NCBI GenBank assembly: GCA_964523835.1
Contig: CAZGAZ010000008.1
Span: 2,792-66,791, forward strand
Reading direction: 5' to 3'
DNA length: 64,000 nucleotides
Source of the DNA: an uncultured Ruminococcus sp.
GTDB taxonomy: Bacteria; Bacillota; Clostridia; Oscillospirales; Ruminococcaceae
The number at the start of each line of letters is the position of its first letter. The first letter of the stretch is position 1. The translations under genes were made by a program, and so were the position numbers. The notes beneath the pieces were generated by a model that worked only from the letters and a program-made list of their open reading frames with translations, was not told the DNA's origin and did no database searches. Positions 36,398-46,384 of this stretch are shown one piece after another.

Positions 36398-39300
36398 ATG
36401 CTGAACATTTTATACGGCTTGCCCAAAACGGGCAAATCCTACGCCATGGCAGAGCAGATAAGGGACGTGATAACAGCAGGCGGGAAGTGCCTTGTAATTA
36501 TCCCCGACCAGTTCACCTTCGAGTATGAACGTCTGCTTTACAACCGCCTGGGGGCAGCGCTTTTCAACGGCGGAAGCTTAGAGATACTCTCCTTTTCCCG
36601 CCTTTCGAGATTTGTTTTCGAGCGCACTGTACGTCCCGACCTTGAGGGGGCGGACCTTACCGCAAAGCTTGCGGTGATGTTCATGTGCGTCAAAAAATCC
36701 CTTGCCGACGGTTCGCTGGTCTACTTTAAAAAGCAGGCTGCAAGGCCCGATTTTGCAAGGACGGTAATGACCATGACCACCGAGCTTATCCACTCGGGAG
36801 TCACCCCCGAAATTCTGGGAGAGATCGCCGATAAAGCCGCCCGTACAAAGGGCATGAACAGCGCCGCCGAAAAGCTTTCCGACCTGCACATTCTCTACTC
36901 CGCCTATGCAAAGCGGCTTGCAGAGCTGGGGCTGCGGGACAGCGCCGAGGACACCCGCCTTGCCGCAAGGGAAGCGGAGGCGGCAGGACTTTTCGAGGGC
37001 GTGAGCGTTTACATAGACGGCTTCAAAAGCTTCACGGGAGACCAGTACGATATGCTTTCCGCCGTCCTGAAAAGCGCCGTGGGACTTACCTTCTGCGCCA
37101 CCTCAAAGGAGCTTTCCTGCCGCAGCGGAAGTATGTTCGCCCCCGTTTGCGAAACCGTTTCAAGGCTTATGAGTATTGCCGAAAGAGCGGGTCGGGAAAT
37201 AAAAACGGCTAAATTTGAAACGCCGTATTTTGATTCCCCTGCCCTTGCCCATATGGCAGAAGCGCTAACATGGCCGTTGGCGCCGTTTCCGAAGCCTGCA
37301 GACATTGATGAGAAAATGCAAAAAGATGTTACGGTAATTTCCGTGGAAAATATTCGTAAGGAATGCGCCTTTATCTGCTCGGAAATAAGCAGGCTGCTGC
37401 GTGAGGACGACACGCTCAGACCCGGCGATATAGCGGTTCTGAGCCGCACCATGCATGACGATATCTCGCTTCTCGGCTCATATTTTGACCGCTTTTCGAT
37501 TCCCTATTACAGCGACAAAAAGCCCTCGGCAGCCCACAAGCCCCTGACCGTTGCAATAAATGCCGCACTGGAGCTGGCAGCCGCCAAAAGTCCCGATACG
37601 GAGGCTGTCCTGCGGCTTGCCAAGACACGCCTTACCGACACATCACAGGACGACAGCGCCTATCTTGAAAATTACTGCTACATCTGGGATATTGACGGAA
37701 ACACCTGGAACGAGACCTTTCCCGACGAACGTGCGGAGGATATAAAAAACCGCCTGCTCGCCCCTGTTTTGAGATTCGCCGGAGAAGCCCGGAAATCCCC
37801 TACGGGAAAGGGAATAGCCGCCGCTCTGCGGAAATTTATAGCATATTCGGGGATAGAAAAACGTGCGCTTATGCTGGGCAGCCCGGGAAACGAGGCGGAC
37901 GGCAGGGAAAGCCGCAGGATAGCAGAGGAAACCGAAAAGATACTGCTTTCGATCGAACGTGCCGTACCCGAGGAGATTTCCCTGTCGGGATTCCGTGATA
38001 TTTTCGCTTTGTCGGCAGGCAGCATGACCCTGGGCAGCCCCCCTGTGAACCTTGACGGAGTGCTTGCCCAACAGTCGGACCTTGCCAGACTTTCGGAGGT
38101 GAAGATCGTCTTTGTAATGGGGGCGGGGGAGGGGATATTCCCCTTTTCCGTCAGCGACAGCGTGACCTTTTCGGACAAGGAAAGAGAGCTTTTCAAGGCG
38201 GAGGGCAGCGACCTTACGGGCAATATGAAAAAGCGTGCCGCCGAGGAAAAATTCAACGCCTACAACGCCCTTTGCAGTCCTTGCCGAAAGCTGTATATTT
38301 CCTGTCCCGAGGTTTCCGGGGACGGCAGTCCCATGCAGCCCTCCCGCCTTATTTCCGACATTGAAAGGGCGCTGCCTTTTTGCGGCAGGATATGCGGAAA
38401 CGACCTGCCTCCCGAGCTTTTTTGCTGCACTCCCGAAGCGGCATTCCGGGAGGCGGCCGAGCAGGCGGAGACCGACCCCGTTTTTTACAGCTCAGTAAAA
38501 GCTGTTATGAGGGAATTTGCCCCCGAATACAGCGGGCGTTTTGAGTATCTGGACGGTATGAGAAAAAATCTTGCCTCGGTAAGAAAAATTTCCCCCTATG
38601 CCGCCGGGAAATTAGGGCTTCCGAGGGCGGAAAACGGCGCAGTGAAAATATCCCCCTCCGCTATCGAGGATTACATAAGCTGTCCCTTTATGTATTTCGG
38701 GAAACGTGTTCTGGGGATATCGCCGCCCCAAAAGCAAAATCTTTCTCCCATTGTCTGGGGCAATGTGGTGCACAAATGCATGGAAAAAATAATCAGCGGA
38801 AAAGCCGCACCCAAGGGCAAAGGCTTTATGGAAATGACCGAGGAGGAAATTGCGGGGGCGACCCACGCCATTGCCGAGGAATACAAGGAAAAGCACCTGG
38901 AGGGGAGCTTTTCAAAGTCCCCCGATTTCGGGATATTTTACGAAACTCTGAAAGGAAACATAGTTCGGATCCTGCTGCACGCACAGGAGGAATTTTCCGC
39001 TGTAAAATTCACCCCCGCCGCCTTTGAGGAAAGGGTTCTGCGGGCTGTCGATATAGGGGCGGCGGAAGAAGCGCAGGAAAAGCTGCCCGGAATATATCTG
39101 TCGGGAATATGCGACAGAGCCGATATTTACAGCGCCGAAAAGGGAGATTATCTGCGTATCGTCGATTACAAGACGTCGGGCAAAAAGCTCACAAGAGAGC
39201 TTATAGAAAACGGCATAAATCTGCAAACGGTGCTGTATCTTTCAGCCCTTGCACAGGGTAAATTTGCGGGTGCGATACCTGCGGGGACGTTCTATGCGCC

Positions 39301-39694
39301 TGTGCTTTCAACGCCTCCGCTGAACCTGCGCAGCGCCGAAAAATCCGACATTGACGATAACATCAACAAGCACCTTGTTATGAACGGATTCATTTTCGGC
39401 GAAGATGATATCCCGAAGGCCATGGGCGTAAAGGACAAGGAAAATCCCGGAAACGCCGTTTATGCCGAGGGCGAGCTGTTGACCGCCGATGAATTCGGGG
39501 AGATAATTAAAAAGGCGGACGAACATATCGTTAATGTTTGCAGGGGCATTCTCGGCGGTTCATTCCCTGCGTCGCCTTTGCAGTCGGATAAAAATCCCTG
39601 CGATTACTGCGATTTCAAGGATATCTGCAGCGGACAGGGCGAGCCGGAAATAAGAAAGCTCAGACCGGGTACGAAGAAAAAAGCCAAAAAATAA
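36398..39694 (+). CDS. addB: ATP-dependent helicase/nuclease subunit B
   Basis: G.PKTGKS, IPDQFTFEYE, IDGFKSFT, C-terminal PD-(D/E)xK nuclease (GICDRAD, IVDYK), Fe-S cysteines CPF...CDYCDFKDIC. Confidence 0.92.
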   Translation: MLNILYGLPKTGKSYAMAEQIRDVITAGGKCLVIIPDQFTFEYERLLYNRLGAALFNGGSLEILSFSRLSRFVFERTVRPDLEGADLTAKLAVMFMCVKKSLADGSLVYFKKQAARPDFARTVMTMTTELIHSGVTPEILGEIADKAARTKGMNSAAEKLSDLHILYSAYAKRLAELGLRDSAEDTRLAAREAEAAGLFEGVSVYIDGFKSFTGDQYDMLSAVLKSAVGLTFCATSKELSCRSGSMFAPVCETVSRLMSIAERAGREIKTAKFETPYFDSPALAHMAEALTWPLAPFPKPADIDEKMQKDVTVISVENIRKECAFICSEISRLLREDDTLRPGDIAVLSRTMHDDISLLGSYFDRFSIPYYSDKKPSAAHKPLTVAINAALELAAAKSPDTEAVLRLAKTRLTDTSQDDSAYLENYCYIWDIDGNTWNETFPDERAEDIKNRLLAPVLRFAGEARKSPTGKGIAAALRKFIAYSGIEKRALMLGSPGNEADGRESRRIAEETEKILLSIERAVPEEISLSGFRDIFALSAGSMTLGSPPVNLDGVLAQQSDLARLSEVKIVFVMGAGEGIFPFSVSDSVTFSDKERELFKAEGSDLTGNMKKRAAEEKFNAYNALCSPCRKLYISCPEVSGDGSPMQPSRLISDIERALPFCGRICGNDLPPELFCCTPEAAFREAAEQAETDPVFYSSVKAVMREFAPEYSGRFEYLDGMRKNLASVRKISPYAAGKLGLPRAENGAVKISPSAIEDYISCPFMYFGKRVLGISPPQKQNLSPIVWGNVVHKCMEKIISGKAAPKGKGFMEMTEEEIAGATHAIAEEYKEKHLEGSFSKSPDFGIFYETLKGNIVRILLHAQEEFSAVKFTPAAFEERVLRAVDIGAAEEAQEKLPGIYLSGICDRADIYSAEKGDYLRIVDYKTSGKKLTRELIENGINLQTVLYLSALAQGKFAGAIPAGTFYAPVLSTPPLNLRSAEKSDIDDNINKHLVMNGFIFGEDDIPKAMGVKDKENPGNAVYAEGELLTADEFGEIIKKADEHIVNVCRGILGGSFPASPLQSDKNPCDYCDFKDICSGQGEPEIRKLRPGTKKKAKK

Positions 39695-39852
39695 TGTTTG
39701 GTTCTGCGGCGAAAAATTATTTGAGGATAACAAAAATTCCGAAAAAATCTATCGTATCAACAGAGGAATAACATTGAGGAAATATCGGTCGTATGGCTGT
39801 TTTTGCGGAAGATAAAATTTAAAGATTTTTTATTCGGGAAAGGAAAATTCAA

Positions 39853-42800
39853 ATGAGCGATAAAGTAAAATGGACAAGCGAGCAGTCCGCTGCAATAAAC
39901 GCTGCGGGACGGGCGGTGCTGGTTTCTGCGGCGGCGGGAAGCGGAAAAACCGCCGTGCTGGTGGAGCGGCTGACCCGTCTGCTGACGGATATAAATAACC
40001 CCTTGTCTGCGGACAGCATTGTGGTGGTGACCTTTACCAAGGACGCTGCCGCTCAGATGAAAACAAAGCTTGCAAACGCTCTGGGAGAGCGGCTTTGCAG
40101 CGAGGATATCACCGAGGAGGAGGCCGATCATATATCGTTGCAGCTGGCTTTGCTGCCCTCTGCGAATATCTCCACAATCCACTCCTACTGCTTCAGGCTT
40201 ATCAGGGAAAATTCGGGGATAACGGGGGTAGACCCTGCCTTTGCCGTAATTGACGAAAACAACGAAAAGAATATTATTTTAAAGGCGGCGGAAAATGCCT
40301 TTGAAAATTACATAAAAAAGTCTCCCGAAAAAATGAAGATACTCACCGATTTTTTCTGCGGCGGAGAAAAGAATATCGGGAAGCTGACGGACATTATCCT
40401 CGACCTGCGGGATAAATATCTGACCCTGCCCTTTCCCCGTGACAAGATGGATGAACTGGTGAGATATTACAAGGAAAATTCGGTGAACTTTTCCCCAGGA
40501 AAAGGCGTTGCGGCGGATTATTTACGGCTGGCGGCAAGGCGTATGGAAAACGCTGCGAATGCCGCAAAGTGCCTTGCGGCATATATTGCGAAGGTCAGGG
40601 AAAAGCTCCCGGAAAGCGAAAAGGAAAATGCAAAGCTTCTGAAAAATATTGAGGCGGCAGCGGATACGGTGAACAGCGATCATTCACTGTTTAAAAAATT
40701 ATCGGATGATCTGGCGGAGGAAATTTCGGAAATTTTCCGTGGGAAGAAAAATACCTGCAGCCTGTTCGACCCCCCCACGCCTGTGAAGGCAGGCAAGGAA
40801 AAGACCGATAAAAAAGGCGCTGTTTCCTATTCGGCGAAAACGATCCCCGCAATAAAATTTGAAAGGAACGGGGAAGAAATTGACATAAGCTCGGATATCA
40901 AGGAGGTGCGCAAGCTTTATTACAAGGACGCTTCGGACTTTTACGAATTTCGGGATTCGGGCGCCGGTGCGCCTGCGGGCACGCCCCTGCGGTTTACGGA
41001 GGAGCAGATAAAAAGCGATTTCCGGAAACACGGGGAAATTCTTGAGCTGCTTTTTGAGCTGATGAAGGATGTTTTGGACAGGGAGAGCGACCTTAAAGCG
41101 GAGCGGAATGTCCTCGGCTTTTCCGACGCTGAGCAGCTTACCTGCGCACTTTTATGCCGCAGGGACGGGGAAAAGCTCCTGCCCACGGAAGCGGCGAAAA
41201 ATATTTCCGACAGCATAAGCCTTGTGATGATAGACGAATTTCAGGATTCCACGGAAATTCAGGAGCTTATTTTCCGTATGCTCAGTAAGGGCGGCAGCGC
41301 AGAGGCGCCCGGCAGCAATTTCTTTGCGGTGGGAGATGTAAAGCAGTCGATCTACAGATTCCGCAGCGCCGAGCCCGAGCTTTTTACGAAAAGCCTTAAA
41401 GAGAGCGTGCCCTATGATGACGAGGGGGAAACTCCCTCTCATATCCTGCTTCGGCGGAATTTCAGGAGCAGCAGGCCTGTGGTGGACTTTGTGAACAGAT
41501 TTTTCACTGCCGTTATGAGCGAGCGGCGGGGCGGCGTGGATTACGGCGAGGCGGACAGTCTTGTCTGCGGCAGGGAAAGCAGCCCTTGCAAAGAATTTCC
41601 CGCTGAGATCATTGATATTACCGATAAATATGCGTGGGATACTGCGCAGGCAAGGGCAGCAGCAGTTGCTGCTGCGGCGAAAAAGAATGGGGATACTACA
41701 GGCAATGAAGATGGATCCGACGGTACGGCAGAGGTTCCCGAAAAGCTCACATCGGAGGCCCGTGCGGCAGCGGAGGCTGCTGCTGCGGCGGCAAGGATAA
41801 ATCAGATAATTTCGGAAAATCCCGGGGTAAGACCCGACGATTTCTGCATACTCAGCCGCACCTCGAACAATTTCCCGATATATGCAAGGGTGCTGGCTGA
41901 GGAGGGGCTGAAAACCGTTTCTCCCGCAAAGACCGATCTGCTGGAGGCAGGGGAAACGCTGGCTGTGATAGACCTTCTGCGGGCGGTGGACAACCCCTGG
42001 AAGGACGTGCCACTGATGGCTGCAATGATGTCGCCTTTGTTTATGTTCACGGCGGAGGAAATGGCGCAGATACGGCTTTTCGGCGGCAATGACGGCAACG
42101 GCGGCGGCAATGACAGCGGAAGCCTTTACGGAAGGATAGCAAACGTTTCACGGACGGAGGATGAAAGTGCCGCCGATATAAGCTCCCGCTGCTCGGATTT
42201 CCTGGAAAAATTCGGGAGACTTCGTGAATACGCCCTTACTCACACATCACAGGAAATGATACTGCATATTTACGAGGATATGGACTACGGCGCTGTTACT
42301 GCCCGCAGCGAGGGAGGCAGGGAAAAGTCTGCAAATCTTGACGCACTGCGGAATGCTGCTGCGGCTCTGGACAGCTCGGGGGACGGGTCGGTGGCTTCCT
42401 TTGTGCGCAGGGCGGACGTGCTCAAAAGCAGCGGCATAGGAATGCCCGTGCAGAGGTCGGCAGGGTGCAATGCCGTGGTCATACAGACCATACACAAATC
42501 AAAGGGGCTGGAGTACCCTTATGTGTTCCTTTGCGGCTCGGACAGAGCCGCTCACGGGCGTGAGAGCGCATACTGCTTTTACCCGACCTCGGGTGTGGGA
42601 CTGGATATTACGGCGGCGGCCGGAAAGGGAAAAAACTCCCGTGAACGGCTGCGGTACAAGACACTGCCCTCCTGCACTTTAAAGGCGTTAAAGCAAAGCT
42701 CCGAACAGGACGAGGATATTATGCTGCTTTACGTGGCGCTCACAAGGGCAAAGGAACGGCTTTTTGTTACCCGTCAGCGAGGCGGCGGCGAGAGCAAAAA

Positions 42801-43980
42801 AAGCATAGCTTCCGCTATTCTTTCGGAGGGGGCAAAATACTGCGGAGAGGCAAAGCGGGACTGCGCCGCAATTGCACAGAGCTGCCTTGCGGATATTATT
42901 GCGTCGGGGCTTGCGGAGTTTGAGCTTTCGGAAGAGGTCTCCCGTTACGACCCTGCGGTCGGGACGGTAAGGCTCATTGTCCCGGGTGAAAAGGGTGATA
43001 GGGGGGATATTTCCGATAATGTCAACAGGGAATCCGACGGGATATCCGAAGAAAAAATGGGAGAGAACCGGGAAGAAAAAAATGCGGAAGCTGTTGACTC
43101 CAGAATTTACGAGACCGTTGCAGGGCTGCTGGGCAATCGGTCGGGTTCTTCTTATGAACCCATTCCCGCAAAGCTGACGGTAAGCCAAATTGCAAAGAAT
43201 TTGGCAGCCAAGAAAAATTTGGCGGATGAAAATTTAGCAAATGAAAAGTTGACGGACAAAAAGCAGGAAACGCCCGGGGAAGTCCCGGCTGCATCTGCGG
43301 TCACGTCTCTTGTATTCGGCGAGCCGGAAGCGGAGGAGCTGCCATTTTATTTTTCGGACAGCGGATTTTTTCCCGAGATCGACAGCTACGATCCGCTGTC
43401 TGCGGAGGGCGGCGAAGAAGAGATCATACGTCCCGTTTCGGGAAAGCTCACCGCCGCCGACCGGGGAAACGCCTATCACGCATTTATGCAGCAGGCGGAT
43501 CTTTTCAAGCTGCACAATGCGGACGGAAAGGAGGCGGCGATAAGGTCGGAGATAGAAGCCCTTGCCCATAAAGGGGCGGTCACCAAGGCTCAGGCAGAGT
43601 GCATAGACCCGAAGATCATAGAAAAATTTATCCGCAGCAGGCTCTTTTTGCGAATGATGAAAGAGGGCGAATTTATGCGGGAAAGAAAATTTCTTGTAAA
43701 AATTTCCGATTTAGGGCTTGACGATGACGATTTAAAGGTTTATAATAATACCGAGGGGATGTTGCAGGGAGTTGCCGATCTTATCTTCAGGGAGGGGGAC
43801 GGATATGTGCTCTGCGACTATAAAACCGACCGCACCGAATACCCCGGAGTGCTGGTAAACCGCTACAGGCGGCAGCTCGGGCTCTATGCGGCGGCGTTTT
43901 CCCTTATTCTTGACGCTCCCGTCAAGGAGGCTCTGATATACTCGTTCTCTTTAGGGGAGGAGATCAGGGTGAAGCTGTGA
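39853..43980 (+). CDS. addA: ATP-dependent helicase/nuclease subunit A
   Basis: VSAAAGSGKTAVLVER, IDEFQDS, VGDVKQSIYRFR, NFRS, TIHKSKGLEYP, LYVALTRAKE, QGVADL...DYKTD. Confidence 0.95.
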   Translation: MSDKVKWTSEQSAAINAAGRAVLVSAAAGSGKTAVLVERLTRLLTDINNPLSADSIVVVTFTKDAAAQMKTKLANALGERLCSEDITEEEADHISLQLALLPSANISTIHSYCFRLIRENSGITGVDPAFAVIDENNEKNIILKAAENAFENYIKKSPEKMKILTDFFCGGEKNIGKLTDIILDLRDKYLTLPFPRDKMDELVRYYKENSVNFSPGKGVAADYLRLAARRMENAANAAKCLAAYIAKVREKLPESEKENAKLLKNIEAAADTVNSDHSLFKKLSDDLAEEISEIFRGKKNTCSLFDPPTPVKAGKEKTDKKGAVSYSAKTIPAIKFERNGEEIDISSDIKEVRKLYYKDASDFYEFRDSGAGAPAGTPLRFTEEQIKSDFRKHGEILELLFELMKDVLDRESDLKAERNVLGFSDAEQLTCALLCRRDGEKLLPTEAAKNISDSISLVMIDEFQDSTEIQELIFRMLSKGGSAEAPGSNFFAVGDVKQSIYRFRSAEPELFTKSLKESVPYDDEGETPSHILLRRNFRSSRPVVDFVNRFFTAVMSERRGGVDYGEADSLVCGRESSPCKEFPAEIIDITDKYAWDTAQARAAAVAAAAKKNGDTTGNEDGSDGTAEVPEKLTSEARAAAEAAAAAARINQIISENPGVRPDDFCILSRTSNNFPIYARVLAEEGLKTVSPAKTDLLEAGETLAVIDLLRAVDNPWKDVPLMAAMMSPLFMFTAEEMAQIRLFGGNDGNGGGNDSGSLYGRIANVSRTEDESAADISSRCSDFLEKFGRLREYALTHTSQEMILHIYEDMDYGAVTARSEGGREKSANLDALRNAAAALDSSGDGSVASFVRRADVLKSSGIGMPVQRSAGCNAVVIQTIHKSKGLEYPYVFLCGSDRAAHGRESAYCFYPTSGVGLDITAAAGKGKNSRERLRYKTLPSCTLKALKQSSEQDEDIMLLYVALTRAKERLFVTRQRGGGESKKSIASAILSEGAKYCGEAKRDCAAIAQSCLADIIASGLAEFELSEEVSRYDPAVGTVRLIVPGEKGDRGDISDNVNRESDGISEEKMGENREEKNAEAVDSRIYETVAGLLGNRSGSSYEPIPAKLTVSQIAKNLAAKKNLADENLANEKLTDKKQETPGEVPAASAVTSLVFGEPEAEELPFYFSDSGFFPEIDSYDPLSAEGGEEEIIRPVSGKLTAADRGNAYHAFMQQADLFKLHNADGKEAAIRSEIEALAHKGAVTKAQAECIDPKIIEKFIRSRLFLRMMKEGEFMRERKFLVKISDLGLDDDDLKVYNNTEGMLQGVADLIFREGDGYVLCDYKTDRTEYPGVLVNRYRRQLGLYAAAFSLILDAPVKEALIYSFSLGEEIRVKL

Positions 43981-43988
43981 GCAGACCC

Positions 43989-44098
43989 GCAGCCGAATCA
44001 GGTGCGCAGGCAATTCTTGCCTCGTGCCTCTTAAACTCTAAGTGCAGGCAAAATGCAGCCGAATCAAGAGTACATATAATTCTTGCTTCTTGCCTCTT
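43989..44098. repeat. Two ~66-bp direct units containing the pyrimidine heptamer repeat
   Basis: GCAGCCGAATCA at 43989 and 44055, each followed by AATTCTTGC(C/T)TC.TGCCTCTTAAA. Confidence 0.75.
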
Positions 44099-44125
44099 AA
44101 AATCCAGTAGAAGGTGGTTATTTTT

Positions 44126-44542
44126 ATGGATCAAAGAAACGCTCCCCGCAAAAGCTCGTCAAGACCCGTGCCCGCAGCGGCAACCCTTATGGCAGCGCTT
44201 ATTCTGGGGATATGCCTTATTATTTCCGCAGTGATAATAAGCGGTTCGCTGAAAAAGCTTACAACGGCAGTGAATGAGCAGACCTTTGCTTCGACTTATT
44301 CGGCGCCCTCAAATCTGACGGTAAAGCCCGAGAGCATCGATTATTTTACGGCAGCCGAGGCAGCACAGTACCTTAAAATAACCGAATCCGAGGTAAAGGC
44401 CGCCATTACCAAGGGCGAGATAAGCGAATACATCAGCACGTCCGCAGGGTACTCCATTTCCAAAAAAGCCCTTGACGAATACTTCTCCGACAAGGCATAT
44501 GCCCAGCTTCTGAATGATAATAATGCAGGCGGCGACGAATGA
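44126..44542 (+). CDS. Single-TM protein with a C-terminal HTH_17/excisionase-like domain
   Basis: TM segment ATLMAALILGICLIISAVIISG; YFTAAEAAQYLKITESEV...I..G.I motif. Confidence 0.7.
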   Translation: MDQRNAPRKSSSRPVPAAATLMAALILGICLIISAVIISGSLKKLTTAVNEQTFASTYSAPSNLTVKPESIDYFTAAEAAQYLKITESEVKAAITKGEISEYISTSAGYSISKKALDEYFSDKAYAQLLNDNNAGGDE

Positions 44543-44721
44543 TCGGAAATTGTCGGTTTATAGGGATATGCGGGGGATCTGCGCCGGCAGGTCTCCCCTG
44601 CGGGATAGCTTCAGGGGTATTTTGCGGTTTTATACCTTTGTATATTGTTAATAATAATGCAGGCGATATTGCTTGCCGGATTGTGCAAAAGAGAGAAAAA
44701 CAATAAATTTTCGTTTGACGA

Positions 44722-44750
44722 TTGACAAAGTATTCCGCTTGTGATATAAT
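44722..44750 (+). promoter_or_regulatory. Consensus sigma-A promoter of infC-rpmI-rplT
   Basis: TTGACA-17-TATAAT with an extended TG. Confidence 0.9.
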
Positions 44751-44764
44751 GGAAAAGTACGAAA

Positions 44765-44852
44765 AATAAAGCAGAGCAGCTGCTCTCACCCTGCCGCATT
44801 TTTAAGCGGGCATGGGTCAATAACTTCCTTTCATCAAGCCGCTTTTTTATTC
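44765..44852 (+). ncRNA. Ribosomal protein L20 leader (autoregulatory RNA)
   Basis: AAAGCAGA...CTCTCACC...GGTCAA...GCTTTTTT pattern at the canonical position upstream of infC in Firmicutes. Confidence 0.75.
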
Positions 44853-44946
44853 CTTTGCGGTGGTAATGAGTTATTGTCGGCAGCGCTTACAGGTTCTGCC
44901 GAATTTTATTTTTACAAATATCAACGGTAATACGGGGGTGCTCGCT

Positions 44947-45477
44947 ATAGCTAACAAAGACAGCAGCAAGGAACTTCAGATCAATGAGGAGATCCGTGAC
45001 AAGGAGATCCGGGTAATAGGCGCAGACGGCGCTCAGCTTGGGCTTATGTCCGCAAGGGACGCTCAGAAGCTTGCCATTGAAAAGGATCTTGACCTGGTCA
45101 AGATCGCTCCCCAGGCAACTCCGCCTGTGTGCAAGATCATGGATTACGGTAAATATTGCTTTGAACAGTCCAAACGTGAAAAGGAAGCAAAGAAAAATCA
45201 GAAAACTGTGGAGATAAAGGAAATACGTATGTTCTCCACCATTGACACCCACGACTTTGAAACAAAGGCGGCTCAGGCTGCGAAGTTTTTAAAGGGCGGT
45301 GACAAGCTGAAGGTTTCTGTGCGCTTCCGCAAGCGTGCAATTGCTCATCCCCAGCTTGGCGAGGAGCTTCTGGAGAAATTCAAGGAAGCGGTTTCGGAAT
45401 ACGGCGTGGTAGACAAGCCCTCGAAAATGGAGGGGCGTGCGCTGGTAATGTTCGTTTCCCCCAAGGCGGCGAAGTAG
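44947..45477 (+). CDS. infC: Translation initiation factor IF-3 (non-AUG ATA start)
   Basis: INEEIR, PPVCKIMDYGKY, KEIRM; GGGGGTG SD 6 nt before ATA; no in-frame ATG at that position. Confidence 0.95.
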   Translation: MANKDSSKELQINEEIRDKEIRVIGADGAQLGLMSARDAQKLAIEKDLDLVKIAPQATPPVCKIMDYGKYCFEQSKREKEAKKNQKTVEIKEIRMFSTIDTHDFETKAAQAAKFLKGGDKLKVSVRFRKRAIAHPQLGEELLEKFKEAVSEYGVVDKPSKMEGRALVMFVSPKAAK

Positions 45478-45556
45478 AGGCTGCCTTATCCTGCATACGG
45501 GGCTTACAGCGGCTTCGGAGCGGGGTTCACCGTTAAAATTAAAGGAGGATATTTTC

Positions 45557-45754
45557 ATGCCTAAGCAGAAAACACATTCGGGCGCAAAGAAGCGTTTCAA
45601 GCTCACAAAAACAGGTCTGGTAAAGTATCAGAAAACCAACAAGAGGCACAGACTTACTCAGAAGGATCACAAGCGCAAGAGAATTGCACGCACAGTCGGC
45701 ATTGCAGGCTCTGCAAACGCTGCGACCTTAAGGGAACTTATGCCTTACAAATAA
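45557..45754 (+). CDS. rpmI: 50S ribosomal protein L35
   Basis: MPKQKTHSGAKKRFKLT. Confidence 0.98.
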   Translation: MPKQKTHSGAKKRFKLTKTGLVKYQKTNKRHRLTQKDHKRKRIARTVGIAGSANAATLRELMPYK

Positions 45755-45880
45755 GGCGCCTTATAAATAAGACTGCTGCCTGAAAATGCAGCGGCGGCAA
45801 TGTGCGGCACGGCAGCAATGTGCAGCACGGCAAGGGTGCAGCAACGCAGCACAACATCAATAAATCGGAGGTAAAATATT

Positions 45881-46234
45881 ATGGCTCGTGTTAAGGGCGC
45901 AATGGCGACTCGCAAGAGAAGAAATAAGGTTTTAAAGCTCGCTAAGGGCTACTGGGGCGCAAAGAGCAAGCACTTCAAAATGGCTAAGGAAGCCGTTATG
46001 AAGTCGGGCAACTACGCTTATATCGGCAGAAGGCTCAAGAAGAGAGATTTCAGAAGGCTTTGGATAACAAGAATTTCCGCAGCCTGCAAGCTCAACGGAA
46101 TGAACTATTCCACATTTATGAACGGTCTTAAAAAAGCAGGGATAACCCTCAACAGGAAAATGCTTTCGGAGATCGCAATCAACGATGAGGCAGGCTTTAC
46201 AGCGCTCACCGAAAAGGCAAAGGCCGCTCTTTGA
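45881..46234 (+). CDS. rplT: 50S ribosomal protein L20
   Basis: [36 protein letters not shown]. Confidence 0.98.
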   Translation: MARVKGAMATRKRRNKVLKLAKGYWGAKSKHFKMAKEAVMKSGNYAYIGRRLKKRDFRRLWITRISAACKLNGMNYSTFMNGLKKAGITLNRKMLSEIAINDEAGFTALTEKAKAAL

Positions 46235-46248
46235 TCGGTTTTATTAAT

Positions 46249-46292
46249 AAAAGGCTGTTTCATATGGGCTATGCTCATGAACAGCCTTTTTG
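46249..46292 (+). terminator. Intrinsic terminator after rplT
   Basis: AAAAGGCTGTT...AACAGCCTTTT hairpin with a T tail. Confidence 0.8.
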
Positions 46293-46384
46293 TTGCTTTA
46301 TAACAAGGGTTCGGGGAAGCACAGCTTTCAAAAAAATTTGCCGTATTTTTCGGTGAAATGCACAAAAACGGGCAGGGAGAGGCT

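Noticed and set aside
44860-44946. N-terminal extension of IF3 given by the ORF track
   Set aside because: It lies in the leader, upstream of the SD + ATA start, and has no IF3-like sequence.
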